A stretch of DNA of 32,000 nucleotides from Candidatus Saganbacteria bacterium (GTDB lineage Bacteria; Margulisbacteria; WOR-1; JAKLHX01): assembly GCA_026387835.1 (NCBI GenBank), contig JAPLKZ010000005.1, positions 150,001 to 182,000 on the forward strand, written 5' to 3'. Of this stretch, positions 8,654 to 18,150 are shown piece by piece. Under the pieces are notes generated by a model. It ran no database searches. It saw only the letters and a program-made list of their open reading frames with translations, and was not told the origin of the DNA. A program made the position numbers and the translations under genes. Position 1 is the stretch's first letter; the number at the start of each line of letters is the position of its first letter.

Positions 8654-9737
8654 TATCTTTAAAAGACTTAAGGAGAGCTTCCGAGGTTTTGTCCAGAGTG
8701 AACGATCTTGCCCTCTGTATTCCCAGCGCCCGTAATTTGAGCCTGAGGTTCTGGTTGTCCTTTGCGTCGCACATAGCTTTTACGAACGACTGCTTGTCCC
8801 CGTTCTTTATCAGGATGCAGGCGTCGCCGAGTATCTCGGAAAATGACGAGTTGTCATAGCAGATCACGGGCACGCCGCACGCGGCCGCCTGCTGGGCGCG
8901 CACGGGAAACGGTTCGAACAAAGAAGCGGAAATGAACGCCGCCGCGCCGTTGAATAAAAGGGTGAGCTCCTCGTCGTCCGTTCCTTCAATGAAGACGATC
9001 CTGTTCCTCAGCACGTTGTTCTCTTTCATTTGTTCCAGGCTCCCTACTCCCCGGCCCGCCAGGACAAGAGTGGCATTGCTTTTATGCATCAGCAGGCCGA
9101 TAAAGATCTCTATCAATTCCTTAATGTTGTTCTTATTGAAAAAATCTCCGCAGTAGAAATAATAGGGACTGCCGATATTGTGTTTATTCAAAATTTTTTG
9201 TATGCGCTCAGTGTCAAATACAGGCCTGAAGATATCTAAAACAGGGCGGGGCAGGATATCGATCCTAGCGGGGTCGATCTTCAGCGCTTTGGCTATCACT
9301 TTTTTGTTGAACGAGGAGAAAACAAATATCCTGTTGGCCTTTTTCGCGGCGGAGACCCTGAAAAAGTATTTGATCTTGTCATCAAGGCCGCAAAACTTTT
9401 CATCCCGGAATATTATAGGGCCAGGATCTTCAATAAGAACGGCTGTCTTGCAGGGCTGCCTCAGAGGCAGGTTCATCGCTGGGCAGAAAAGGATGTCTAT
9501 ATTGTTCCTGACGATCGCGAACGGCAGGGAGATCTGCTGGCGTATCCAGGACATCTGTCCCTCGGGCTTTTGGGGCAGGAACATCGGAGAGCAGGGAAGG
9601 GTTTCGATCCCCTGACGCCGTTTTTTGTTAAAGCTGAATATCAGGTTAGCGTTGCCGCTGTCCGTGCCGCAGTGATATTTTATAGTCTCTTCGAGGATGG
9701 GATCGACCGGTTCGAGGAGATTGTAGCCTATCCGCAT
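8619..9737 (-). CDS. Glycosyltransferase family 4 / group 1
   Basis: LLFNGAAAFISASLFEPFPVRAQQAAACGVPVICYDNSSFSEILGDACILI. Confidence 0.85.
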   Translation of the reverse strand: MRIGYNLLEPVDPILEETIKYHCGTDSGNANLIFSFNKKRRQGIETLPCSPMFLPQKPEGQMSWIRQQISLPFAIVRNNIDILFCPAMNLPLRQPCKTAVLIEDPGPIIFRDEKFCGLDDKIKYFFRVSAAKKANRIFVFSSFNKKVIAKALKIDPARIDILPRPVLDIFRPVFDTERIQKILNKHNIGSPYYFYCGDFFNKNNIKELIEIFIGLLMHKSNATLVLAGRGVGSLEQMKENNVLRNRIVFIEGTDDEELTLLFNGAAAFISASLFEPFPVRAQQAAACGVPVICYDNSSFSEILGDACILIKNGDKQSFVKAMCDAKDNQNLRLKLRALGIQRARSFTLDKTSEALLKSFKDIDREKYYPDAK

Positions 9738-10807
9738 TTTTTTATGATCCCTGCGATCTTGAGCGATGCTCCGGGGACTCCCATCCTTTCTTTCCCTGCC
9801 GAAGACATCTTTTTCAACATGCCCTTGTCGTTCAAAATGAGGCTGATATCGGCTGCCGCGGCTGCGGCATTTCTTTTGGTCACAAAAAGAGACCCGCTAA
9901 GAAGCTCTTTCTGTCTTTTTGCAAAAGCCGCGGTGTACTGGACCCCTCTTCCGGGAAAGGAAACGACCGGTTTTCCGATGCCGGCTGCCTGTTCATTGCC
10001 GGTTCCCGAAAGACCTATCACGATATCCGATCTGTTTATTATGTCGCCGAAAAGGTCCTTGTGGAGCCGCATGTTCTCAAGGCATTTATAGGCCGTTGTG
10101 TCCGAGCTCGGGGCTGCGGCGACGAGAAAAACAATATTTTTATTTTCTTTTGCGGCGGTCTTATTGAGTTCTTCGGAAACCCGGCAAATATCTTCCATGT
10201 TCAAGTTAGCATCATCACGCGTGCCGGGCAATATCCCGATCACCGAAGTCCCCTGGGGTATGCCGAAATCAAAATCTTTGGTCTCTATACAGTCCATCAT
10301 GGGATTTCCTACATATTCGGCTTTGACGCCTTGCTTCACAAGATCATCGGTCGTCTTTTTATCTCTAGGAAGCGACAGAGAGCAGTATTTTCTTAACAGG
10401 AACTTTTCCCAAGGGGTGTAGCTGTAGGAATAGTAGTCTGATTTCGCGCAGCCGACGAAGATGAACTTCGTCTTTGTAAGCAATGCCCCTATGATCGGGA
10501 CGATGTCGCCGACACTTACCACAAGGTCGAATTTGCCTTTCAGCCGCCTGAGATCTCCGATCTCTTTGATCACTGTCGAAAACAGACCTGAAGACAGGTC
10601 CTTGATGATGTTGCCTATGCTCTGGTAGATGAAACCTCCCGAAGGCATTCCGCGCCTCGGGCCGAGTATCTTCACACCGCTGTTTTCAAAAGCGCTGCCC
10701 GTGCCGACAATGGGATATACGCTGATGTCCTCGCCGGGAAGTTCTTTTATTATCCTTGTTGCTATCGTGTCCTCGCCGTGTCCGTTGGTGATGAATAATA
10801 TTTTCAT
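9728..10807 (-). CDS. Lipid-A-disaccharide synthase-related protein (LpxB-related subfamily)
   Basis: MKILFITNGHGEDTIATRIIKEL...YVGNPMMDCI...IGILPGTRDD...DIVIGLSGTGNEQAAGIGKPVVSFPG. Confidence 0.75.
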   Translation of the reverse strand: MKILFITNGHGEDTIATRIIKELPGEDISVYPIVGTGSAFENSGVKILGPRRGMPSGGFIYQSIGNIIKDLSSGLFSTVIKEIGDLRRLKGKFDLVVSVGDIVPIIGALLTKTKFIFVGCAKSDYYSYSYTPWEKFLLRKYCSLSLPRDKKTTDDLVKQGVKAEYVGNPMMDCIETKDFDFGIPQGTSVIGILPGTRDDANLNMEDICRVSEELNKTAAKENKNIVFLVAAAPSSDTTAYKCLENMRLHKDLFGDIINRSDIVIGLSGTGNEQAAGIGKPVVSFPGRGVQYTAAFAKRQKELLSGSLFVTKRNAAAAAADISLILNDKGMLKKMSSAGKERMGVPGASLKIAGIIKKCG

Positions 10808-12525
10808 GTGTCCCTGAACTGCAGATCATGCAATCTCTTGTAAAACCCGTCCTTTTCGATGAGCTTATGGTGCGTGCCTTCTTCGATGATCCTGCCGTCC
10901 TTCAGGACGATTATCCTGTCGGCGTCCTGGACCGTTGACAGCCTGTGGGCGATTATGAACGATGTCCTTCCTTTCATCAGTATCCTGAGCGATTCCTGGA
11001 TGAGCTTCTCTGATTCACTGTCCAGAGATGAGGTCGCTTCGTCAAGTATCAATATCCCGGGATCGCGCAGGACCGTTCTTGCTATAGCTATGCGCTGCCT
11101 TTCACCGCCGGAAAGGGTCATCCCTCTTTCTCCGACGACAGTGTCGTATTTATCCGGAAGTTCCATGATAAAACCGTGCGCGTTGGCGGTCTTTGCGGCT
11201 TCCCTGATCTGTTCATCCGTTGCCAGGATATTGCCGTACTTTATGTTCTCTTTTATTGTCCCGCTGAAGAGAAGCGTTTCCTGCGGCACGATCCCGATCT
11301 GCTTTCTTAAGCTCTGAAGTTTTACGTTCTTAATATCATGACCGTCTACAAGAACGGTCCCTTCAGTCGGATCGTAGAACCTCGGGATCAGGTTGATGAT
11401 GCTTGTCTTGCCGGAGCCGGAAGGCCCGACTATCGCAAGTTTCTCCCCGCTCTTTACTTTCAGATTTATATTGCTGAGCACCTCCTCATCTTTTTCATAC
11501 GCGAAAGAGATATTTTTGAACTCCACTTCACCTGACAGGCGCGCCATCTCGATCGCGCCCGGCACTTCCTTAATAGACGGCGTTATGTTGATAACCTCGA
11601 AAACTCTTTCGGCCGAGGCAAGCGTCCTCTGTATCGTCGTGTTTATTCTGGAAATATTTATGACAGGATCGATCAAAAGCACGGCTCCCGTGAAGAACGC
11701 GATCAGGTCGGCAGGGGAGAGCCTTCCGCTGACGACTTCGAGACAGCCGTACCAGATGACCAGGACGACCGCCAGTATCTGCAAAAAGCCGACAAGCGGC
11801 CTCTGCGTCGCGTCGACCTGAGCTTCTTTCATGAACCAGTCGAAACTGTGCTCTGTCACTGTCTTGAAACGTTCAACTTCATGTTTTTCCATGCCGAAGG
11901 ATTTTACGACCCTGGCGCCGACAATTGTTTCCTGAAGGATGGACGCGATATCAGCTATCTTTTTCTGGACATTACGTCCGATCTCTCTCATCTGCTCCCC
12001 GAACTTTGAGATGGTGAAGATAAAAACGGGAGTGGTCAGAAGGGCCATCAGGGTCAGTCTCCAGTTGAGATAAAAAAGATACCCCAAAACGCCGAACAAA
12101 GTAAGGACCTGGGGAAATATTTCGGCGGCGATCGTCACGATAGCGATCTGTATGGTCGCTATGTCATTGATGATGCGGCTCATCACTTCGCCGGTCTTCC
12201 ACTTAGAATAGAAACTGAGCGGCAGGTCCTGGATATGGGTAAATACCTCGACCCTTAGGTCTGTGACCACCCTCTGGCTAACGAACTGCGCGAAATAGAT
12301 CTGTCCGTACTGGAATATCCCTTTTACAAAGAACACCAGCACCGTGGCGCCGATGAGCGCGTTAAGGAAATAAAAGTTCTTTTCCGCGACGGCTTTTGAG
12401 ATCTGGCTGACCAAAGGGATGATGATGATATTGGACAGGGAGAACACGAACATGCATATGACCGCCAAAGCAAGCTGTCCGGTGTAGGGCTTGATATATT
12501 TAAGAAGGCGGGAAAACAATCTCAT
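10804..12525 (-). CDS. msbA: MsbA-like ABC transporter (TMD-NBD half transporter; lipid/lipid A export type)
   Basis: Six-TM domain plus NBD with Walker A GPSGSGKTS, signature LSGGERQRIAIART and Walker B GILILDEATSSLD. Confidence 0.85.
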   Translation of the reverse strand: MRLFSRLLKYIKPYTGQLALAVICMFVFSLSNIIIIPLVSQISKAVAEKNFYFLNALIGATVLVFFVKGIFQYGQIYFAQFVSQRVVTDLRVEVFTHIQDLPLSFYSKWKTGEVMSRIINDIATIQIAIVTIAAEIFPQVLTLFGVLGYLFYLNWRLTLMALLTTPVFIFTISKFGEQMREIGRNVQKKIADIASILQETIVGARVVKSFGMEKHEVERFKTVTEHSFDWFMKEAQVDATQRPLVGFLQILAVVLVIWYGCLEVVSGRLSPADLIAFFTGAVLLIDPVINISRINTTIQRTLASAERVFEVINITPSIKEVPGAIEMARLSGEVEFKNISFAYEKDEEVLSNINLKVKSGEKLAIVGPSGSGKTSIINLIPRFYDPTEGTVLVDGHDIKNVKLQSLRKQIGIVPQETLLFSGTIKENIKYGNILATDEQIREAAKTANAHGFIMELPDKYDTVVGERGMTLSGGERQRIAIARTVLRDPGILILDEATSSLDSESEKLIQESLRILMKGRTSFIIAHRLSTVQDADRIIVLKDGRIIEEGTHHKLIEKDGFYKRLHDLQFRDT

Positions 12526-12547
12526 AAGCTCTATTATATCATTGCTA

Positions 12548-13792
12548 TTACATAAGGATATGCGACAACTCTTCAGCGATCTTTCCGGCGGCTCCGGCCG
12601 GCCCCATGACGGCTTTTAATTCTTTTTCCATTGCTTCAAGCGCTTCTTTGTCCCGAAGCATCAGGCAGGCTTTTTCCGCTATCTCTTCAGCCGTCAGGAC
12701 CCCTCTGAGTTCCGGGACGATCATCTTTCCCGCTTTTCTGTTGGGAAGCGCCGCGAACTTGACAGTCTTGTTCAGGATGTGTATCGCGGCCTGTTTGATC
12801 AGTTTTCCGAGTAACGGAACGCTCCCGATCATCCCGAGCAATCCCTCGAATAAAAGCACTTCCGGCTTGTTGAACGGTATCGCTACCAGCATCGGTTTCC
12901 CCAAAGCAGCCGCTTCCGCGGTGTTCGTGCCTGGTATTGTGACAATAAGGTCGGCTATGTTCATCGCGTCAAAAGGCGCCTTTTCTATAAGAAGGATTTT
13001 TATCCCGTCCCCGGCCGCAAGATATTTCCTGTTGTCCTCGATCACAAGATCCCCGAAAAGTCCGTACTTTTTTGCCGCTTTGTCGGCTTTTTCTTTTGCG
13101 ACAGCCTCCGCGACCTTCAGGGCGTTCGTGAAAGGGGACAGCCCGAATATGAACTGGGCATCGGGCATCTTTGACCTGAGTTCTTTCGCGGTTTTCAGGA
13201 ACAGAGGCGCGAGGAATTTGATATGAGCTGTCCTGCTGCCCGGCAGAAATGTGATTATAGGCTTGCCAGTATCAAGTCCGAAATCTTCCGGTCTTTGCGA
13301 GGCCAAAACACTGTCGACCATAAGGTCCCCGGTGACTTTCACTTTATGTTTCGGGATGCCTTTTCTTAAGGCTTTTTTAGCCATGGCTTCATCAGGCACG
13401 AAGAAAGCGAGGAAATTCTTTTTCCATCCCACGTGGTCCATCGTGTAGGCGGCCGCTTTATACCCGAGCCTTTTAGAAAGCATAACGGCATGGAGCAGGT
13501 CTCCGCCCAGGAAAAGGACGATGCCTTTCTTTGAAAAAACTATCCCCCTTGGCGGCTTGTTCTTGAATATCCAGGCGTTGAACTCTTCGGGAAAGATTAT
13601 TTCGTAAAGTTCCTTGAACGACCTGGCTACCTCTATCTCCCGTCCGCTGGCGAACTGGCAGGGTGTGATCACAAGTATCAGCCTGGCGTCCGGCATCTTT
13701 TCCGCTATGGCTTTCACGGCCGGCCGCACGAAGGAATAAAGTTCCCCCGGGCTGTTTGAAGTGATGATTATATCGGTCTTTTCGCTTGTCAT
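12548..13792 (-). CDS. Lipid-A-disaccharide synthase-like glycosyltransferase
   Basis: NSPGELYSFVRPAVKAI...VTGDLMVDSV...ITFLPGSRTAHIKFLAPLF...ADLIVTIPGTNTAEAAALGKPMLVAIPFN. Confidence 0.75.
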   Translation of the reverse strand: MTSEKTDIIITSNSPGELYSFVRPAVKAIAEKMPDARLILVITPCQFASGREIEVARSFKELYEIIFPEEFNAWIFKNKPPRGIVFSKKGIVLFLGGDLLHAVMLSKRLGYKAAAYTMDHVGWKKNFLAFFVPDEAMAKKALRKGIPKHKVKVTGDLMVDSVLASQRPEDFGLDTGKPIITFLPGSRTAHIKFLAPLFLKTAKELRSKMPDAQFIFGLSPFTNALKVAEAVAKEKADKAAKKYGLFGDLVIEDNRKYLAAGDGIKILLIEKAPFDAMNIADLIVTIPGTNTAEAAALGKPMLVAIPFNKPEVLLFEGLLGMIGSVPLLGKLIKQAAIHILNKTVKFAALPNRKAGKMIVPELRGVLTAEEIAEKACLMLRDKEALEAMEKELKAVMGPAGAAGKIAEELSHILM

Positions 13793-13802
13793 TTTGTGAA
13801 CT

Positions 13803-14846
13803 TCAGTAACCGAGGTGTTTGACTATTTCTTCGATCTTTGACGGGACTTCGATAACTTTTGTTCCGGACCTGACGGCGGTATCCGGATCTTTCAGCCCGT
13901 GCCCGGTCAGGACGCAGACGACTGTCGAGCCTTTCGGGATCTCGCCCCCGTATTTCAGGAGCCCGGCGATAGAAGCGGCGGAGGCAGGCTCGCAGAAAAC
14001 TCCCTCATTTGAGGCGACATATTTATACGCGCTGATTATTTCGTCATCGGTAACAGCCCGGATCGATCCGTTAGATTCTTCTGCTGCCGCGACAGCACTT
14101 TTCCAGCTCGCGGGATTCCCGATCCTTATCGCGGTCGCGATCGTCTCAGGCTTTTCGATCGGATGGCCCTTGACTATCGGAGCTGACCCTTCCGCCTGAA
14201 AGCCGAGCATCTTTGGAAGTTTTGCGGACTTCTTATTGTCATAATACTGCCTGAAACCTTTCCAGTACGCTGTGATGTTTCCCGCGTTCCCGACAGGGAT
14301 GCAAAGATGATCAGGAGCATCTCCCATTAGATCCACTATTTCGAACGCCGCGGTCTTTTGGCCTTCGATCCTGAAAGGATTTATCGAATTGACGAGCTCG
14401 ATGGGATATTTTTCGCAGAGCTCTTTGATGATCTCCAGTGCCTTGTCGAAATTCCCGTCTATCGCGAATACTTTGGCGCCGTGCATTATCGCCTGAGCGA
14501 GTTTTCCGAGGGCTATCTTGCCTCCGGGTATCACGACCACGCAATCCATTCCCGCTCTTGCCGAATAGGCGGCTGCTGACGCTGAAGTGTTCCCCGTAGA
14601 AGCGCAGGCGACTGCCTTGAAACCTTTTTCTTTTGCCTTGCTGATAGCCATCGTCATCCCGCGGTCCTTGAAAGATCCCGTTGGATTAGCGCCTTCATAT
14701 TTAAGGAATACTTTAAGCCCCAGTTTCTTGCTGAGGTTCTCTGCGGGCAGCAGGGGAGTGTTGCCTTCAAAAAATGTGATGACCGGAGTTTTGCCGGTCA
14801 CCGGCAGATATTGCCTGTAACGGTCGATGAGGCCTTTGTATTTCAT
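13803..14846 (-). CDS. thrC: Threonine synthase
   Basis: [16 protein letters not shown]...[19 protein letters not shown]...[28 protein letters not shown] (PLP lysine motif). Start set to ATG 14846 rather than 14900. Confidence 0.92.
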   Translation of the reverse strand: MKYKGLIDRYRQYLPVTGKTPVITFFEGNTPLLPAENLSKKLGLKVFLKYEGANPTGSFKDRGMTMAISKAKEKGFKAVACASTGNTSASAAAYSARAGMDCVVVIPGGKIALGKLAQAIMHGAKVFAIDGNFDKALEIIKELCEKYPIELVNSINPFRIEGQKTAAFEIVDLMGDAPDHLCIPVGNAGNITAYWKGFRQYYDNKKSAKLPKMLGFQAEGSAPIVKGHPIEKPETIATAIRIGNPASWKSAVAAAEESNGSIRAVTDDEIISAYKYVASNEGVFCEPASAASIAGLLKYGGEIPKGSTVVCVLTGHGLKDPDTAVRSGTKVIEVPSKIEEIVKHLGY

Positions 14847-14862
14847 GAAAAAATAATAGCAT

Positions 14863-15794
14863 TTACGGGGTAGCTTGGCAAGGAATGACGGACTTTTCAA
14901 AGATTTTCAGGTCCGGACAGCTGCTTTCAAGTTCTATCTGTTTGGGGGTTATGAAGAAAGATCCGACGCCCTTATTTCCGCTGAGGTTGAGAAAGAAATA
15001 TTTATCATCAACATTGAATACCCGTACAAGGGGATCATGGCCCATCACTATCCTTTCGACGCCCATCCTTTTAAGGTCGCCGGGGTCATAACTGAAACTG
15101 CCCCCGGGTTCTATGTTCCGGCTATAAAGAAATCCTTCTTTGCCGAGCATCCGCCAGAAGATATTTGCGCAGCCGGTGGTATCCGAGGCAAGTGCAGTTC
15201 TGAGCTCGGATTCCAGTTCTTTGAGTACCTGGATGCCTGATGCGGTCCCGTTCCTGACCTTCTCGGACGCGAGCAGATATTTGAGGCCGGAATGCATATA
15301 AAGCGTACCGAGATCGTCGATATAATACAGGCGCATATTATCGGCCATCCATTTTGCGGTCTCGATCAACTTCCTGTTGCTTAAAATGTTGTTCAAAACA
15401 GTTTGGAAAAGACTTTTGCACAGAGCCGGGCGATTTCTTGTCCATGGCCTGAGGATATAATCCCCTTCTGACACTTCAGAGAACAATGCCAAAAAAATAT
15501 CGGCCCTTATCACGTCCGCGCGTTTTGACAGGGAAAATTCATCGGCCAGGCTTGTCCCGCCGTTAGTGAGCCAGTTAAGCGCCCATTCCATATTACCCCT
15601 CATCGCCAGAGTGAACATGATCTGTCTATCAGGTCTCCCAAAGGAACGGTTCGTGCCGCTCTTAATGAAAAATATACGGCCCTGTCACACCAATGGTCTA
15701 AGCCGTGCGCGTCGCCGAGAGCGGCAGTCCCGATGCGGCGCAATATAACAGCAGGTGCCTGCTGTCTTACTATTTTATGTTGGATAGGATCCAT
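14863..15794 (-). pseudogene. Calcineurin-like metallophosphoesterase, apparently frameshifted or deleted
   Basis: Reading frame from ATG 15794 (RBS GGGAGGG) gives ALGDAHG and VPLGDLIDRS, then stops at 15600. The overlapping second frame (ORF 15618..14863) continues with MRGNMEW, YYIDDLGTLYMHSGL and VMGHDP. Together these match the GDxH / GDxxDR / GNxE / H / GH metallophosphatase motifs. Confidence 0.6.
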
Positions 15795-15881
15795 CAAGCC
15801 CTCCCTATAACTATTTATCGATAAAATTTGGGAGATATTTCATTGATTTTACTGAATATACGGTTATCTAAAAAAATTAAA

Positions 15882-15890
15882 TGGTATAAT
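15882..15890 (+). promoter_or_regulatory. Extended -10 promoter (TGGTATAAT) 9 nt before purN ATG
   Basis: aTGGTATAATttcaatgtaATG; no SD. Confidence 0.6.
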
Positions 15891-15899
15891 TTCAATGTA

Positions 15900-16508
15900 A
15901 TGGGAAAGATAAACATTGTCGTGCTCATTTCCGGCAGGGGTTCGAACCTACAGGCAATAATAAATGGCATCGAGACCGGCAAAGTAGATGCCAGGATCTC
16001 ATGCGTCATATCAAATAAACCCGATGCTTTCGGTCTGGAAAGGGCTAAACAGCACAATATACCCTCTGCGGTCGTGAATAGTAAGGAATTCAAAGATAAG
16101 GGGGGTTACGAAAAAGAACTTTTAAGGGTCATAGATGATTACAAGCCAGACCTTATCTGTCTTGCGGGGTATATGCGGATAGTAGGCGCGGACATTATTA
16201 AAAAGTATAAAGGAAAGATAATGAACATCCATCCGGCCCTTCTGCCTTCGTTCCCGGGACTTCACGGCCAGAAACAGGCGATCGACTACGGGGCCAAGGT
16301 CTCAGGCTGCAGTGTCCACTTCGTCGATGAGGGATGCGATACCGGCCCGATAATACTCCAGGCCGCTGTTCCCGTGACGGATGATGATACCGAAGAGACT
16401 CTTTCGGAGCGTATCTTAGCCGAAGAGCACAAAGCGTATCCGAAAGCGATACAGTTGTTCGCAAAGAGAAAATTAAAGATAGAAGGGAGAAAAGTCAGGA
16501 TACAATGA
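15900..16508 (+). CDS. purN: Phosphoribosylglycinamide formyltransferase
   Basis: MGKINIVVLISGRGSNLQAIINGI...CLAGYMRIVGADI...MNIHPALLPSFPGLHG...GCSVHFVDEGCDTGPII. Start set to ATG 15900. Confidence 0.96.
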   Translation: MGKINIVVLISGRGSNLQAIINGIETGKVDARISCVISNKPDAFGLERAKQHNIPSAVVNSKEFKDKGGYEKELLRVIDDYKPDLICLAGYMRIVGADIIKKYKGKIMNIHPALLPSFPGLHGQKQAIDYGAKVSGCSVHFVDEGCDTGPIILQAAVPVTDDDTEETLSERILAEEHKAYPKAIQLFAKRKLKIEGRKVRIQ

Positions 16509-18049
16509 AACAGCAAAGATATGCGGTAATAAGCGTTTTTGAAAAAAGAGGGATCAAGCAGTTCGCAAAAGGATTGGTCAGGCACGGTTTTAAGATCATC
16601 GCCAGCGGCGGTACGGCAAAAGAATTAAAAAAAGCCGGAATAAAGGTTGTCGAGGTGTCAAAGATAACAAAGTTCCCCGAGATGCTTGACGGCCGGGTCA
16701 AGACGCTTCATCCCAAGATCCACGGGGGCCTTCTTTTCAGGCGTGATATCCCGGAGCACGTGAAGACGGCGAAAAAATACGGGATCCCGCAGATAGATAT
16801 CGTTGTAATAAATCTTTATCCTTTTGAAAAGGTCATCTCAAAAAAGAACTTCACTCATGAAGAAGCGATCGAGAATATCGATATCGGCGGGCCCGCGATG
16901 GTGAGAGCGGCTTCGAAAAATTATGAACACGTCGCGGTAGTTACCGATCCCGACATGTACAGCGATATCCTCAGGGAGCTGAAAGAGAACAAGGGGCAGA
17001 TCAGCTCGCAGACAAAAGAAAGGCTGTTGAGGGCCGCGTTCGCGCTCACGTCAAGGTACGATGCGGCGATACTTTCGTATCTCAACCCCGCGAAAGACAC
17101 GGAACTTTTCCCGAAAAAACTTTCCATACATCTTGAAAAGATACAGGACCTGCGGTACGGCGAGAATCCCCACCAGGCGGCGGCGTTCTACAGGCAGGAG
17201 GGCGGAGGGATAACGGACGCGGTCCAGCTCCACGGCAAAGAGCTTTCATATAATAATATCCTGGACATCGAAGCCGCTTATTCAATTGCATCATATTTTG
17301 TCAATCCGACTATTGCAATAGTAAAACATAATAATCCATGCGGGGTCGCGACTTCATCTTCCGTGTGCGATGCTTATCTTAAAGCCTATAAATGCGATAA
17401 AATATCGGCTTATGGCGGAATAGTGGCTTCGAACAGGCCGATAGACGAAAAAACGTCAAAAGAGATCTCAAAACTCTTTGTCGAGGTAGTCATAGCGCCC
17501 GATTATTCCGGAGGGGCTGTCGATATTTTAAAAGAAAAAAAGAACCTCAGGATATTAAAATGTCCCGTGCTTTCTTCCGCGAAAAGAAGGGGTTCCGCGG
17601 ATTACAAGAGGGTCTCCGGAGGCGTGCTTGTGCAGGAGACTGACCTCGCGGAACTCACGATGTCGGATATCAGCGTTGTCACAAAAAGGCAGCCGTCGCT
17701 CAACGAGATGGAAGACCTGTTCTTTGCGTGGGGCGTCTGCAAGTTCGTAAAATCGAACGCGATAGTTGTCGTGAAGAACGGCGCGACGATCGGGATCGGC
17801 GCGGGCCAGATGAACAGGGTAGGCTCGGCGGCGATAGCTCTTAAACAGGCCGGTACAGCCGCGAAGAAAGCGGTCCTGGCGTCAGACGGGTTCTTCCCGT
17901 TCGCTGATTCGATCGAAGCCGGCCACAAGAGCGGTATTTCCGCGGTGATCCAGCCGGGCGGTTCGGTCAGGGACGAAGAAGTTATAAAGGCCGCGGATAA
18001 ATATAAGATCACGATGATGTTCACGGGAAGAAGGCATTTCAGGCACTGA
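16505..18049 (+). CDS. purH: Bifunctional AICAR formyltransferase / IMP cyclohydrolase
   Basis: AVISVFEKRGIKQFAKGL...ISGGTAKELKKAGI...MLDGRVKTLHPKIHGG...LRYGENPHQAAAFY...NNPCG. 4-nt overlap with purN. Confidence 0.97.
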   Translation: MKQQRYAVISVFEKRGIKQFAKGLVRHGFKIIASGGTAKELKKAGIKVVEVSKITKFPEMLDGRVKTLHPKIHGGLLFRRDIPEHVKTAKKYGIPQIDIVVINLYPFEKVISKKNFTHEEAIENIDIGGPAMVRAASKNYEHVAVVTDPDMYSDILRELKENKGQISSQTKERLLRAAFALTSRYDAAILSYLNPAKDTELFPKKLSIHLEKIQDLRYGENPHQAAAFYRQEGGGITDAVQLHGKELSYNNILDIEAAYSIASYFVNPTIAIVKHNNPCGVATSSSVCDAYLKAYKCDKISAYGGIVASNRPIDEKTSKEISKLFVEVVIAPDYSGGAVDILKEKKNLRILKCPVLSSAKRRGSADYKRVSGGVLVQETDLAELTMSDISVVTKRQPSLNEMEDLFFAWGVCKFVKSNAIVVVKNGATIGIGAGQMNRVGSAAIALKQAGTAAKKAVLASDGFFPFADSIEAGHKSGISAVIQPGGSVRDEEVIKAADKYKITMMFTGRRHFRH

Positions 18050-18050
18050 G

Positions 18051-18131
18051 CCTCACCCCCGGCTCGCAAGCTCGCCGACCCCTCTCCACGAAGTGGAGAG
18101 GGGTGCTGAGCGTTAGCGAAGCGGGGTGAGG
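18051..18131. repeat. Compound palindromic intergenic element, terminator or REP-like
   Basis: Outer arms CCTCACCCC (18051-18059) and GGGGTGAGG (18123-18131); inner perfect 11-bp hairpin CCCCTCTCCAC-GAA-GTGGAGAGGGG (18079-18103). Confidence 0.8.
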
Positions 18132-18150
18132 ATTAAAAAGGAGACAGACG

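Noticed and set aside
9570-10421. Plus-strand ORFs (173 aa, 107 aa and others) inside the glycosyltransferase block
   Set aside because: These overlap well-supported minus-strand genes and show no family signature; they look like spurious opposite-strand ORFs.
12606-13226. Plus-strand 206-aa ORF opposite the lpxB-like gene
   Set aside because: Low-complexity Ser/Ala/Phe/Ile translation, mirror of the minus-strand coding frame.
13803-14900. Longer thrC start at 14900
   Set aside because: The first 18 residues ([18 protein letters not shown]) overlap the end of the upstream reading frame and do not resemble threonine synthase; [15 protein letters not shown] at 14846 is the conserved beginning.
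15925-15945. tRNA-like T-loop string (GGTTCGAACC)
   Set aside because: It lies in the purN codons for GRGSNLQ; no acceptor or anticodon arms were found.
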